NCBI GenBank assembly: GCA_963668715.1 | Contig: OY764960.1 | Location: 3,255,423-3,319,422, forward strand | Direction: 5' to 3' | Origin: Bacteroidales bacterium | GTDB taxonomy: Bacteria > Bacteroidota > Bacteroidia > Bacteroidales > VadinHA17 | DNA: 64,000 nt | Shown here: one piece after another, positions 1 to 9,734 of the stretch | Layout of the letters: each line of letters starts with the position of its first letter | How positions within the stretch are numbered: the stretch's first letter is position 1 | Position numbers and translations under genes: made by a program | The notes under the pieces: model-generated | The model's database searches: none | The model's input: only the letters and a program-made list of their open reading frames with translations | Told to the model about the DNA's origin: nothing

Positions 1-793
1 TGATTATTTTGAAACACTGGGAATGAAGATTACCGAAGGTCGCAGTTTTTCCCGTGACTTCCCCTTTGACGGTAATAGTTATATTATTAATGAAACAGCC
101 CTTCAACTTACCGGTTTTAATGAAGCTATTGGCAAGGGCATAGCCCTGGCAAATCGTGAATTAAGTCCAATAATCGGGATCGTTAAGGATTTTCATGGAA
201 CTTCTTTAAGGAATGACATCAGTCCCACAATATTCTTTATGTTTAATTATGCCGCTAAAAGAAATATGTTCGTAAAAGTTTCAGGAGAGGATTTAACTTC
301 TACACTTGACTATATTGAATCTACTATAGAAGAAGTTGTTTCGGGCTCATTTCTTAACTACAGGTTCATGGATGATTAGTTTAACGAGATGTATCAAAGA
401 GAAAGTGTAATTAGTTCCCTGGTTAAATATTTTGCTATTCTTGCGCTTTTTATTGCTTCGATCGGGCTTCTAGGTCTTGCTTCCTTTATGGCACTTCAGC
501 GAACACGGGAATTTGCAGTGCGAAAGGTTCTTGGGGCAAAGCCATGGAGTATCATGTATACTTTTTTCAGGGAATTCATGATCTTAATAATCGTTTCAAA
601 TATAATTGCCTGGCCTGTTTCATATCTCATTATGGATACCTGGTTGTCTTCCTATTCATACAGGGTGAGAATGGGATTCCTTGTATTTATTATATCAGGT
701 TTGTTAGTCATGGCTATTGCTATGCTGGTTACAGCCTGTCATGCATATAAAACCTCGCGGTGTAACATGGTTAAGAGCCTTCAGTATGAATAG
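1..793 (+). pseudogene. FtsX/MacB-type ABC transporter permease, C-terminal half only (5' end outside window), broken by an in-frame TAG at 377-379
   Basis: The frame starting at base 2 is open (DYFETLGMKITEGRSF...). The text aligns with the C-terminal half of the intact permeases at 25196-27601 and 30606-32909, e.g. ...FMDD*FNEMYQRESV... versus ...ALDDLYSEERRFASI.... ORFs 23-379 and 389-793 are in the same frame (both starts = 2 mod 3) and are separated only by the TAG plus three sense codons. The second piece holds the FtsX motif region (VRKVLGAKPWSI). Confidence 0.7.
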
Positions 794-907
794 CTATAAC
801 AGGTTATGTTATCATATATGCCTGGCAGAGAGTCAATCCAAATTCCAGGGCTGATCCCTGAAATCCCGGACTAACAAATAGTATTAATAATATTAAACAC
901 ATTTATC

Positions 908-1411
908 ATGAAAATACTAAACTTATTATTCGTTACACTTTTTTTAGGTAATTATTGTTTGGCGCAAAATGTTTCCCTTAGGGATGAGCTTCGTGTACTG
1001 GAACCTTATTTAGGCAAGAACCGGGAAAGCCAGGATCTGCATCCGGATGGGAACACTGTCCTTCATCATTTCAGGACATGGGAGCCGGGGCATAATGGTA
1101 TGATAATCTGTATTACAAAAGGATGCACAGAACTTGGAACCCGTACCGATGGGTATATGTATTATAATCCGGATAAAGACCAGATTGAGCTGTTCACTCT
1201 TACAAGTAATGGCAATATTGCATCCGGTACAGTAAGTGTCGGGGACGGAAAACTTGTTGTCAGGGGAACTCTTATACTGAAAGACCGTAAGTTGGAATAT
1301 AAAAATATATATGAACTTACTTCTGATGGGACAATAAGTGACAAGTATTACAGGATTGAGAATGGAGACTGGAAACCAGGGCATTCCAGGGTTTGGAAAA
1401 AGCCTTCATAG
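908..1411 (+). CDS. secreted hypothetical protein
   Basis: 167-aa ORF with an N-terminal signal peptide (MKILNLLFVTLFLGNYCLAQ). No motif I can name. Confidence 0.45.
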   Translation: MKILNLLFVTLFLGNYCLAQNVSLRDELRVLEPYLGKNRESQDLHPDGNTVLHHFRTWEPGHNGMIICITKGCTELGTRTDGYMYYNPDKDQIELFTLTSNGNIASGTVSVGDGKLVVRGTLILKDRKLEYKNIYELTSDGTISDKYYRIENGDWKPGHSRVWKKPS

Positions 1412-1481
1412 AATAAGTATGGTAACTCATGCAAATATGTGGGATCACATGTATCAGTTTTCAATTTAACTGCTATAACAA

Positions 1482-2972
1482 ATGAAAAAAATAAGTTTTA
1501 CTATCATGATATTGTGCTTCTTAACAATAACTGTCAGTGCTCAGGATATATTTGAAGCGATCAGAACAGGGGATCTGAATTTAATAGAGGAATTAATAAA
1601 GAAAGATTCCGGGATTGTCAATAAAACCGGAGATAGTCCTTTTACTCCCCTGTTGTTTGCAGTGAATAATCAAAAGTGGGAGATTGCAGAAAACCTGATC
1701 TCAGCCGGCGCCAATGTAAATGCAGTGCTTCTGGCTGATTATTATGGCGACACACCAGTTTCTCTTGCCATAAAAAAAGGTAATCTCGAAATGATAAAGT
1801 TGTTACATTCTAATGGTGCAGATATTCAATACCGGACAAAGCTGGGAGAGAATTACCTTCATTTTGCAGCGGCAATGAATGAGGTTGATATAGCTGAATA
1901 TCTTATTGATAGCGGCATTGATATCAATGCCGGGAAATCAGGGGGGCTTACTCCACTTCATATTGCAGCTATTACAGGCAGTACGGATGTTGCCAGCTTA
2001 CTTATTGATAAAGGTGCCAGCATGGAAATTAGAAGCACCGACGGAGGAACGCCTCTTCATTTTGCCCTGGCTGCACGTAACAGGGAGCTTGTATCGTTAT
2101 TGAGAAAAGCAGGCGCAAGAGATATTCCCAGGGAGTTTCTTGAATACAGAGGCAGGTACCTGGGGCAAAATAGGCCTGGTAATGAACCGGAATTATTCGT
2201 GCCTGAATTATTCAGGGATATATACAGGTCGTACGGCGCACCTGCATTTTCGCCGGACGGGAAAGAGCTTTTATGGTATGGATATTTTATGCCGGGAATA
2301 GGATACAGCAATATCTGGTGGATGAGGGAGGAGAAGGGAAAATGGACTGCCCCGGAACTAGCTCCCTTCTCTGATTATATGTCATTCAGTCCGGCCTTTT
2401 CTCCTGATGGGAAAAGATTCTATTTTGCTTCCCGAAGGCCTTATGGACCGGATAAGAAAACGGATATGAATATCTGGTATGCTGAAAAGGAAGAAGACGG
2501 TAAATGGAGCAAGGCGAAAATGGCCGGATTCCCTCCAAACAGGAGTGAATATCATGAGAGATCACCGGCACCGGCTGAGGATGGGTCCCTGTACTTCACT
2601 GCCAGCGGCCCGGGTGCTGGCGGTACATTCCTGTATAAATCCGGGTTTATTAATGGTGCATACACGAAGCCAGTACCCCTGGAAGAATATATGGATGGAG
2701 GCAAAATGGACCCTTGCCAAAGCATGGATGAGATCTTGTTTTTTAAATACGGAGGACCTCACTATGCTGAGATATCCATCTGCTTTCACAGGCCGGATGG
2801 CAGTTGGTCGAAACCGGTTTATACCGGAGATCTTCTGCATCAGGGCCAGGGCTCATCAGATTCCAAAATCAGTCCCGATGGCAAATATCTGTTCTTTGTG
2901 CAAAATATTGCTCCCTACTGGGTTGATGCTTCATTTATTGAGGAACTGAAGGAGAAAGAATTAAAAGACTGA
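1482..2972 (+). CDS. secreted ankyrin-repeat protein with C-terminal PD40/TolB-like beta-propeller repeats
   Basis: Signal peptide present. The N-terminal half has repeated ankyrin signatures (TPLLFAV..GANVN, LTPLHIAAITGSTDVASLLIDKGA, GTPLHFALAA). The C-terminal half has repeated FSPDGK motifs typical of PD40 repeats. Confidence 0.7.
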   Translation: MKKISFTIMILCFLTITVSAQDIFEAIRTGDLNLIEELIKKDSGIVNKTGDSPFTPLLFAVNNQKWEIAENLISAGANVNAVLLADYYGDTPVSLAIKKGNLEMIKLLHSNGADIQYRTKLGENYLHFAAAMNEVDIAEYLIDSGIDINAGKSGGLTPLHIAAITGSTDVASLLIDKGASMEIRSTDGGTPLHFALAARNRELVSLLRKAGARDIPREFLEYRGRYLGQNRPGNEPELFVPELFRDIYRSYGAPAFSPDGKELLWYGYFMPGIGYSNIWWMREEKGKWTAPELAPFSDYMSFSPAFSPDGKRFYFASRRPYGPDKKTDMNIWYAEKEEDGKWSKAKMAGFPPNRSEYHERSPAPAEDGSLYFTASGPGAGGTFLYKSGFINGAYTKPVPLEEYMDGGKMDPCQSMDEILFFKYGGPHYAEISICFHRPDGSWSKPVYTGDLLHQGQGSSDSKISPDGKYLFFVQNIAPYWVDASFIEELKEKELKD

Positions 2973-3122
2973 TGAAATGTGCGCTGCTTTTAACGAAGAA
3001 GGTAAAGAGTCCTGTTTCAATACCCGTTATGATGGTCAATCCCTCTTTTTTATGCATTATTTGGGTAATACGTTATATATGGAAGTTAAATCATTTATTA
3101 ATCATTACTTAATTTAAAAAAC

Positions 3123-4079
3123 ATGAAAACAAAATTATTTTTATTATTATTTCTTGCTGTCTTTTGTTCTAATATATTTTCACAGGTTGATGAAGATAAA
3201 CAGGTCAGTGGTTCCATAAAGAAAACCATTCAGAATAATGCTTTCCTCGGGACAACTGGTCCAAAATCAGGCTCACTGGTTATAGTAGGTGGCGCAATGA
3301 AAGATACTTCAATAATTAATCGATTTATTTCTTTATGTGGTGGTTTTGACTCTCCTATTATAGTTATCCCAACAGCAAGTGGCAGAAGTACTTTTGATAA
3401 TCAAGAGATAATATCATTCCTTACGTCAGCAGGAGCTACAAGAGTGGAAGTTCTTCATACATACGATCCGGAAATTGCAAATACGGAAGAGTTTGTTAAT
3501 CCGTTAAAAGATGCAAAAGGAATTTGGTTTACCGGAGGAAGACAATGGCGACTGGTTGACGCATATGCAAATACACTTGCAGAAAAAGAATTTAGAAACG
3601 TTTTAAAGCGTGGAGGAGTGATTGGAGGTACTTCTGCGGGAGCATCCATTATGGGGAGTTTTCTGGTTAGAGGAGATACAAGTACAAGTGAAATAATGAT
3701 AGGGGATCATCAAAGAGGATTTAGTTACCTCGCAAATTGTGCTATTGATCAGCATCTCCTGGCCAGGAACAGGCAAAACGATCTTATAGATGTGGTTTCC
3801 TTACATCCGGAGCTTTTAGGAATCGGAATCGATGAAAATATTGCAATTGTTGTTAAGGGAAACGAGTTTGAAGTAATAGGGCATGGATATGTGGCAATAT
3901 ATGATTATAATTTGTGGCGAGGAAATAATATTAAAGGGAAAAAACTACCGAACGGTGTAAAGTATTTTTTTCTACGTAGTGGAGACATATATAATGTAAA
4001 GTCGCGGGAAGTTAAACTTTGGGATAAAGATCCATATAGAAACATTTTTTTTAGTGATCTTCAAGTGAAACTGCAATAA
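3123..4079 (+). CDS. peptidase S51 family protein (cyanophycinase-like)
   Basis: Signal peptide present. The motif order IVIPTASG ... WFTGGRQWRL ... GGTSAGASIMG (GxSAG nucleophile elbow) is characteristic of cyanophycinase/dipeptidase E-type S51 enzymes. Confidence 0.6.
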   Translation: MKTKLFLLLFLAVFCSNIFSQVDEDKQVSGSIKKTIQNNAFLGTTGPKSGSLVIVGGAMKDTSIINRFISLCGGFDSPIIVIPTASGRSTFDNQEIISFLTSAGATRVEVLHTYDPEIANTEEFVNPLKDAKGIWFTGGRQWRLVDAYANTLAEKEFRNVLKRGGVIGGTSAGASIMGSFLVRGDTSTSEIMIGDHQRGFSYLANCAIDQHLLARNRQNDLIDVVSLHPELLGIGIDENIAIVVKGNEFEVIGHGYVAIYDYNLWRGNNIKGKKLPNGVKYFFLRSGDIYNVKSREVKLWDKDPYRNIFFSDLQVKLQ

Positions 4080-4150
4080 TACACCGGACAAATAGAAATA
4101 TATATTGTGCTTAACAGCTTTCTATTCGCAAGAAACCCGGTATCTTTTAG

Positions 4151-4255
4151 CCATTTACAGACAAAACAAGAGTGAGTGACAGATCAGATAATTCAGATAT
4201 CTATTGGGTAGATGCTGGAATTATTGAAGAATTAAAACCGGATTATCTTAAGTAA
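4151..4255 (+). pseudogene. 3' remnant of a PD40-repeat protein gene
   Basis: The short open frame ends ...SDIYWVDAGIIEELKPDYLK*. This parallels the C-terminus of the 1482-2972 product (...APYWVDASFIEELKEKELKD*). There is no upstream coding body; a stop lies at 4148-4150. Confidence 0.45.
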
Positions 4256-4266
4256 AAAGGACAAGT

Positions 4267-4580
4267 ATGAAAACAAAATAATCACAATCGCTTTTATCAT
4301 TTTTATGCTCGCATTTGCCGGCTGTCAGATGCAAAACGAAAAGAATGATAGCAACGACTTTCCGATATTAATGGGCCCTTACCTCGGTCAGACTCCTCCG
4401 GGTGCAACACCCGAACTATTTGCTCCCGGAATAATCTCGTATGGATTTCACGAGTTAAGAATAACTTTTTCACCTGACGGGAACAGAGTATTTTTTGCTT
4501 CGAACAGGGATAACCCGGAAATAATATTGGATGGCTCCGGGTCCTCCGTGGGGAAATGGATTTTTTGTTTAAAAGTTTAA
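4267..4580 (+). pseudogene. 5' fragment of a PD40-repeat lipoprotein gene, frameshifted in the signal peptide and truncated
   Basis: ATG at 4267 reads MKTK then TAA. One base further on, the frame reads ...IITIAFIIFMLAFAGCQ (lipobox) and continues into ...ITFSPDGNRVFFASNR. The ORF stops after 91 aa without a propeller body. Confidence 0.55.
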
Positions 4581-4730
4581 GTGTTTAATTGTTTAAGCGG
4601 CCTGGAATGTAGTCCGGTCTTTGGTAATATTATCCAAACGAGGGAGACTCAACCCTGAAATTTTAAAAGACGGAATACTTTCATGTATTCCATATTCAGA
4701 TAATCAGTATTAATTTATAAGACCAATACA

Positions 4731-5231
4731 ATGAAAACTGTAACCGGGATAATTGTTCCTGTTTTATTTTCAATCTGTTTACTCACAATAGTATCATGTG
4801 GTAACAGATCCACTAAGATGCCTGCAGTGGATACGAATGCTGAAAAAGCGATTGTTGAACAGACGATCCGTAACAACCTTGGCTGGGCCAAAAACAAGGA
4901 TTTTGATCTTCTCAGGTCAACCATCAAGCTTGATTCAACCTACCTTGTTGTGAACCCTACCGACAGGGTTGCTGTCGGAGAGGGGGATTTCAGGCTTACA
5001 GAGGAGTTCTTCAGGAGTCCTGATTTTCAGGCAGTAGGCTTTGAAATTTCAGATCTCAGGGTATATTTCTCAAAAGGAGGGGATGTTGCATGGTTTTATT
5101 GCCATCTTAACGACTGGAATACATGGAAAGGCCAGCCGGCCAACTGGGAAAATGCACGCTGGACTGGTGTCCTGGAAAAGATTGATGGACAATGGAGGAT
5201 CAGGCAGCAACATTTTTCATATGCACAATAA
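4731..5231 (+). CDS. SnoaL/NTF2-like fold lipoprotein
   Basis: Lipoprotein signal (LLTIVSCG). The C-terminal pattern GDVAWFYCHLNDW...RWTGVLEKIDGQWRIRQQHFS is typical of SnoaL-like/DUF4440 cone-fold proteins. Confidence 0.5.
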   Translation: MKTVTGIIVPVLFSICLLTIVSCGNRSTKMPAVDTNAEKAIVEQTIRNNLGWAKNKDFDLLRSTIKLDSTYLVVNPTDRVAVGEGDFRLTEEFFRSPDFQAVGFEISDLRVYFSKGGDVAWFYCHLNDWNTWKGQPANWENARWTGVLEKIDGQWRIRQQHFSYAQ

Positions 5232-5277
5232 CAGGTGAACTGACCCGAACAATAATTAAATTCTAAAGATTAATATT

Positions 5278-5757
5278 ATGAAACTTCAAACTATAAGAAT
5301 TTACTTACTGCTTTTCGCAGTTGCAGCCGGAAATTCAACCGGTTGCCTCTCCCGGGGTTTTCCTTCAACTCCGGCAGACTGTGTTTCTGTTACGGAACAT
5401 CAAACAAAATCAGTAAGGAAGAAGACAGAAATAACACAGGAGCAATTGAAACAGGTGAAAGATTTCCTTTCGGAACAGACGGAAATAGGTCGTTTATCCG
5501 GTGCGGTTATTGTAAGCAGGGACGGGGTCCCTGTTTTGAATCATGTTGCAGGATATGCCTGTAAGGGATTAAAGGTAGCTAATAGGATTGATACCAAATT
5601 CAACCTCGGATCAATTAATAAAAGTTTTACAGCTGTTGCAATTCTTCAACTGGTAGAGAATGGGAAAATAGGAATTGATGATCCTATTGGAAAATATCTT
5701 GACCAGTTTCCGGCAGCGATCGCCAATGCAAATCCGATTAAACATCTGAGAATATAA
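5278..5757 (+). pseudogene. N-terminal fragment of a beta-lactamase-fold serine hydrolase
   Basis: Contains a signal peptide and the SxxK motif region (FNLGSINKSFTAVAILQLVENGKIGIDDPIGKYL). It stops at 159 aa, less than half the usual domain length. A full-length paralogous domain is present in 7138-9504. Confidence 0.5.
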
Positions 5758-5833
5758 TAATAGAGACTTGAAAATTTAGATGATTCTTAATGAAACAGAA
5801 ATAAGCAATTACCCTAATTATAAATTTTATGCT

Positions 5834-7141
5834 ATGAAAACAAAGAAAGAAAACAAAGAAAGAAATATTAAGGTGCGACAGGTTCTGCTAATATCTATTT
5901 TTCTGGCTTATGAAATATTCTTCTCCACATTATTTGCTCAAAACAATGGTTCTGATAAAATAAACCAAGAAGAAGTTAAGGAGCTTGTTGAAAGCATATC
6001 TGAGCTTCTTGGCGAATGGTATATCTATCCAGATGTAGCAAAAGAAATGGTGAGTTTAATAAATAGAAACCTAAAGAGAGGTATTTATAATAAAAGCGAA
6101 AGCTTAGCTTCCCTCGCAAAATCATTGACTGATGATCTTCGTAGTGTTTGTAATGACAAGCATCTGGTAATTGAATATGACCCGGTTACTGTAAATAGTA
6201 TGAAAGTAAGAGAGAATGCAAAAAGTGCTGATAAAAAGGTGGTTGACCCCATGATTGAAAATTTTAGGCAGCAGAATTTTGGATTCAATAAAATTGAGAT
6301 TTTACCTGGAAATGTTGGTTATGTTGATATCAGGATGTTTGCCCATACCCGTGAGGCAGGTTTGACGGCAGTTTCAGCAATGAACTTCTTAGCCAACAGC
6401 AAGGCGGTTATTATGGATCTGCGTAATAATAATGGTGGGGATAATGCCATGCTACAGCTTGTTGCAAGCTATTTCCTCGGTCAGGATGATGAGAAATTGA
6501 TTTTCATGCTTGAAAAACCGGAGGGAGTTATATTTGAGGAATTCTGGACACTTCCTTTTGTCCCGGGCAAGAGTATGGAAGAAACTCCCCTTTATATTCT
6601 TACAAGTAAAAGTACATTTTCAGCGGCAGAGGCTTTTGTCTCTATGATGAAAAGCTATGGTAGGGCAAAAATTGTAGGAGAAACAACCAAAGGAGGTTCT
6701 CATGGAACCAAATATCTGGTTGCAAATGACAACTTTTACATTGGTGTTCCACACCTTCAGGGGGTAGATCCTGTTACTCGGCGCAGTTGGGAGGAAGTGG
6801 GTATTGAACCTGATATTGAGTGCGATGCAGAAGATGCATTTGATATGGTTTATGAAGATATTCTGGATAGTCTGATATCACAAAATAGCAGTGTCGGCTA
6901 CGTTAATTCTTTGGGTTATCAGCTATTTGTAAATAACAGGACTGAACTGGCCATAAAAACTTTCGAAACGAATGTGGAGTTACACCCAGACTTTGCTGTT
7001 GGATTTGCTAACCTTGGTGAAGTCTACAAAAAAAACGGGCAGCCTGAACTGGCATTGAAATGCTTTCGGCGGTCTCTGGAGTTAGATCCTGGCAATACAA
7101 GAATTAAAGAGAAAATCGACCAATTAACATTAATAAAATGA
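5834..7141 (+). CDS. S41 family peptidase with C-terminal TPR repeats
   Basis: S41 motif order is present (ILPGNVGYVDIRMF ... VIMDLRNNNGG ... LTSKSTFSAAEAF). The C-terminal TPR-like text is ELHPDFAVGFANLGEVYKKNGQPELALKCFRRSLELDP. The start is placed at MKTKKENK (signal-anchor follows); the ORF is open from 5780. Confidence 0.65.
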   Translation: MKTKKENKERNIKVRQVLLISIFLAYEIFFSTLFAQNNGSDKINQEEVKELVESISELLGEWYIYPDVAKEMVSLINRNLKRGIYNKSESLASLAKSLTDDLRSVCNDKHLVIEYDPVTVNSMKVRENAKSADKKVVDPMIENFRQQNFGFNKIEILPGNVGYVDIRMFAHTREAGLTAVSAMNFLANSKAVIMDLRNNNGGDNAMLQLVASYFLGQDDEKLIFMLEKPEGVIFEEFWTLPFVPGKSMEETPLYILTSKSTFSAAEAFVSMMKSYGRAKIVGETTKGGSHGTKYLVANDNFYIGVPHLQGVDPVTRRSWEEVGIEPDIECDAEDAFDMVYEDILDSLISQNSSVGYVNSLGYQLFVNNRTELAIKTFETNVELHPDFAVGFANLGEVYKKNGQPELALKCFRRSLELDPGNTRIKEKIDQLTLIK

Positions 7142-9504
7142 ATAACTTAAACCTGATAACTGGGAGTATTTTTTTGATACTGGTATTTCTATCCGCATCA
7201 TGTGGTTTTACAAAGACATCAGAAAGTAAATATGACGTAGGAATTAAAGTAGAACTTTATCACCCTGAGGAAGAAGACTCTTATTTGCTAATAAATGTAC
7301 GGTCGGGACCGGATGCAGTTTTCCCGGTTATGAGACAAATTAAACCCGGAACCACTTTTACCGCGATTGCCCGTGACGGACAGACCGGTTGGCTAAAGCT
7401 TGCTGAAGGGGGGTGGATCAGTGGAAGTATTGGTAGAGGTATTGTGGTCGGGGGAGATATTAAGACCTTACCAATCATTGACAATACACTGGAGATGGAA
7501 CTGCGGACTTTTGATACTGGGAGAGAAGCAGTAGTGCAGTATTTCAATACTTTGGAAGATAAAGGTTTGTTTAATGGTTGTGTTCTGTTTGAGAAGGACG
7601 GGGAAATAATTATTAACAGAGCGTTTGGATATGCAGACTTTGCAAATAAAGTTGCTCTGGACAGTAATTCACTGTTTGATATAGGATCCATTACAAAGAC
7701 ATTCACTGCAATGGGTATTATGATTCTGAAAGAAAGGGGAGAGATCAGCTACGAAGATAAACTGAGCCTCTTTTTTCCTGAATTTCCATCTTATGCGGAT
7801 GATATAACCATCAGACATTTGTTGACTCATACTTCAGGTATCCGGGATTACATCAATGAAATATCTTTGTTTAACAGGCAATTATTGACACATGAAAGTG
7901 TTCTTAATATTCTTCGGTCACAGGAAAGCCTCCATTGTCAGCCTGGCGAAAAATATGCATACTCAAACAGTGGCTATTGGCTTTTAGGGGCTATAATTGA
8001 AAAAGTTTCAAAGACTACGTATTCAGATTTCCTCAGGAAAAATATTCTCACTCCATTGAACATGAGTAACACCTATGTTATTGATGAACTTGATGCCTCA
8101 AATTCTAAACTTACGACAGGATTTCGTTTTGAAGATTTTATGGAGCAGCGGGTGGGGGACGACTCTTATTATTATACCGGTGGTGATGGTGGAATATTTT
8201 CCTGTTCCGAAGATTTGTATAAATGGCTCCGTTCTTTTGTTAATCCGAAATTAATAGCACAAAGCACATTAAATAAAGCACTTAATGTTAATAGTAAAGA
8301 CAGGATTCCTGGGTCACACAGGGGCTTCTCATGGAATATAGGAAAGAGAGGGGATCATTTATGGGTGTCTCATGGAGGGTATACTCAGTTCTTTATTAGT
8401 TGGATCGGTTTTGTTCCGGATAAAGAAATCAGATTGGTGTTGCTATCCAATAATGCCTCACCCTCCACCATTGACAAAATTATTGATAACATTGATGATA
8501 TTTACACCTCCAGATCATTCAGAGAGCCTGTTGGTCTTCTGTCAAATAAATTATTTAAAATGATTGTTGATGATGGTCCCGAAGGTCTAAAAGATAGTTA
8601 CCGGCAATTAAAGAAAAATGAAAGTGACGGTTACCATATTTCTGTCAGTATGTTTTTGCATGTTGCCAGGAATTTCTTCCTTGCAGGGAAGACCAACGAA
8701 GCATTCGCTGTATTGAATCTGGCTGAGAATGAATTTCCTGAATCATCTGAAGTTTACTATTATATTGGGCTCGCTTACAGCAGAACGGGAGATAAGGAAA
8801 AGGCAAGGTTAGCCCTGGAAAAGGCGCTCCAACTTGACCCTGACAACAAGGATACCAGACAGGAACTCAATGAAGAATCTGAGCCTGGTCAGTTCGTTAC
8901 CGATATCGACAGTAATATTTATCATACGGTGCATATTGGCGATCAGGTCTGGATGGCGGAGAACCTGAGAGTCCGAAGGCTAAATGATAGCTCTGAAATA
9001 CCTTTAATTATCAGCAATGATCAGTGGACCGGAATAGATAGTGTAGCATGCAGCATTTATGATAACGATGAAGATCATTGTGAGAAATACGGTGTGCTTT
9101 ATAACTGGTATACGGTGAATACGGGAAAACTATGTCCTGCGGGCTGGCATGTACCTTCAGATGAAGAATGGAATGATCTTGAGGAATATGCTGTTAATCA
9201 TGCAATTCATACTGATTCGAAGTACAGACCTGCTAATTCCGGGACAATACTCAAGTCAAAAGCAGGATGGCATTACGGCGGAAACGGCACTGATGATTTC
9301 GGTTTCAAGGCCTTGCCGGGAGGGGAGAGGCTCAAAGACGGCAGGTTTTTGCTTAGAGCTCAGAACGGCTTTTGGTGGAGCAGCACAGGTACTGATAAAA
9401 AACAGGCAATATACCGAAGCATGCTTTATCATGTAAATCATGTATATCGCGATAAACATCCAAAATCAGCAGGCTTCTCTGTAAGATGTATGAGAAATGA
9501 GTAA
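7138..9504 (+). CDS. multidomain secreted protein: SH3-like + beta-lactamase-fold serine hydrolase + TPR + C-terminal FISUMP (Fibrobacter succinogenes major paralogous) domain
   Basis: ATGA overlap with the preceding gene. Four domain signatures are visible: SH3b-like text (GQTGWLKLAEGGWISG), the SxxK motif (FDIGSITKTFTA), TPR text (YYIGLAYSRTGDKEKARLALEKALQLDP), and C-terminal FISUMP hallmarks (VWMAENLRV, YGVLYNWYTV, CPAGWHVPSDEEW, FWWSST, GFSVRCMRNE). Confidence 0.7.
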   Translation: MNNLNLITGSIFLILVFLSASCGFTKTSESKYDVGIKVELYHPEEEDSYLLINVRSGPDAVFPVMRQIKPGTTFTAIARDGQTGWLKLAEGGWISGSIGRGIVVGGDIKTLPIIDNTLEMELRTFDTGREAVVQYFNTLEDKGLFNGCVLFEKDGEIIINRAFGYADFANKVALDSNSLFDIGSITKTFTAMGIMILKERGEISYEDKLSLFFPEFPSYADDITIRHLLTHTSGIRDYINEISLFNRQLLTHESVLNILRSQESLHCQPGEKYAYSNSGYWLLGAIIEKVSKTTYSDFLRKNILTPLNMSNTYVIDELDASNSKLTTGFRFEDFMEQRVGDDSYYYTGGDGGIFSCSEDLYKWLRSFVNPKLIAQSTLNKALNVNSKDRIPGSHRGFSWNIGKRGDHLWVSHGGYTQFFISWIGFVPDKEIRLVLLSNNASPSTIDKIIDNIDDIYTSRSFREPVGLLSNKLFKMIVDDGPEGLKDSYRQLKKNESDGYHISVSMFLHVARNFFLAGKTNEAFAVLNLAENEFPESSEVYYYIGLAYSRTGDKEKARLALEKALQLDPDNKDTRQELNEESEPGQFVTDIDSNIYHTVHIGDQVWMAENLRVRRLNDSSEIPLIISNDQWTGIDSVACSIYDNDEDHCEKYGVLYNWYTVNTGKLCPAGWHVPSDEEWNDLEEYAVNHAIHTDSKYRPANSGTILKSKAGWHYGGNGTDDFGFKALPGGERLKDGRFLLRAQNGFWWSSTGTDKKQAIYRSMLYHVNHVYRDKHPKSAGFSVRCMRNE

Positions 9505-9734
9505 TAATTCATTACGGTTATGGTTCTGATTGTGACATTGCCTTTATCCGGGATTATGCTAAGATGATACGATTTGTTTGTTGAAATAGTGAAGAAGGCA
9601 ATTCACTTCGGTAACTGATCAGTTAAATTGACTTCTCGCAGATAAATAGTGCGGCTTGCAGAATACCTGACTAATCCGGTAACAAATAACAAGACCTGAT
9701 CGTCTGGTAAATACAAATCACAAAAATAGATGTT

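Noticed and set aside
377-379. The in-frame TAG as pyrrolysine or an alternative genetic code.
   Set aside because: TAG is used as an ordinary stop by other genes in the window (e.g. 58766-59740). No pyl genes are seen, so a nonsense mutation or sequencing error is far more likely.
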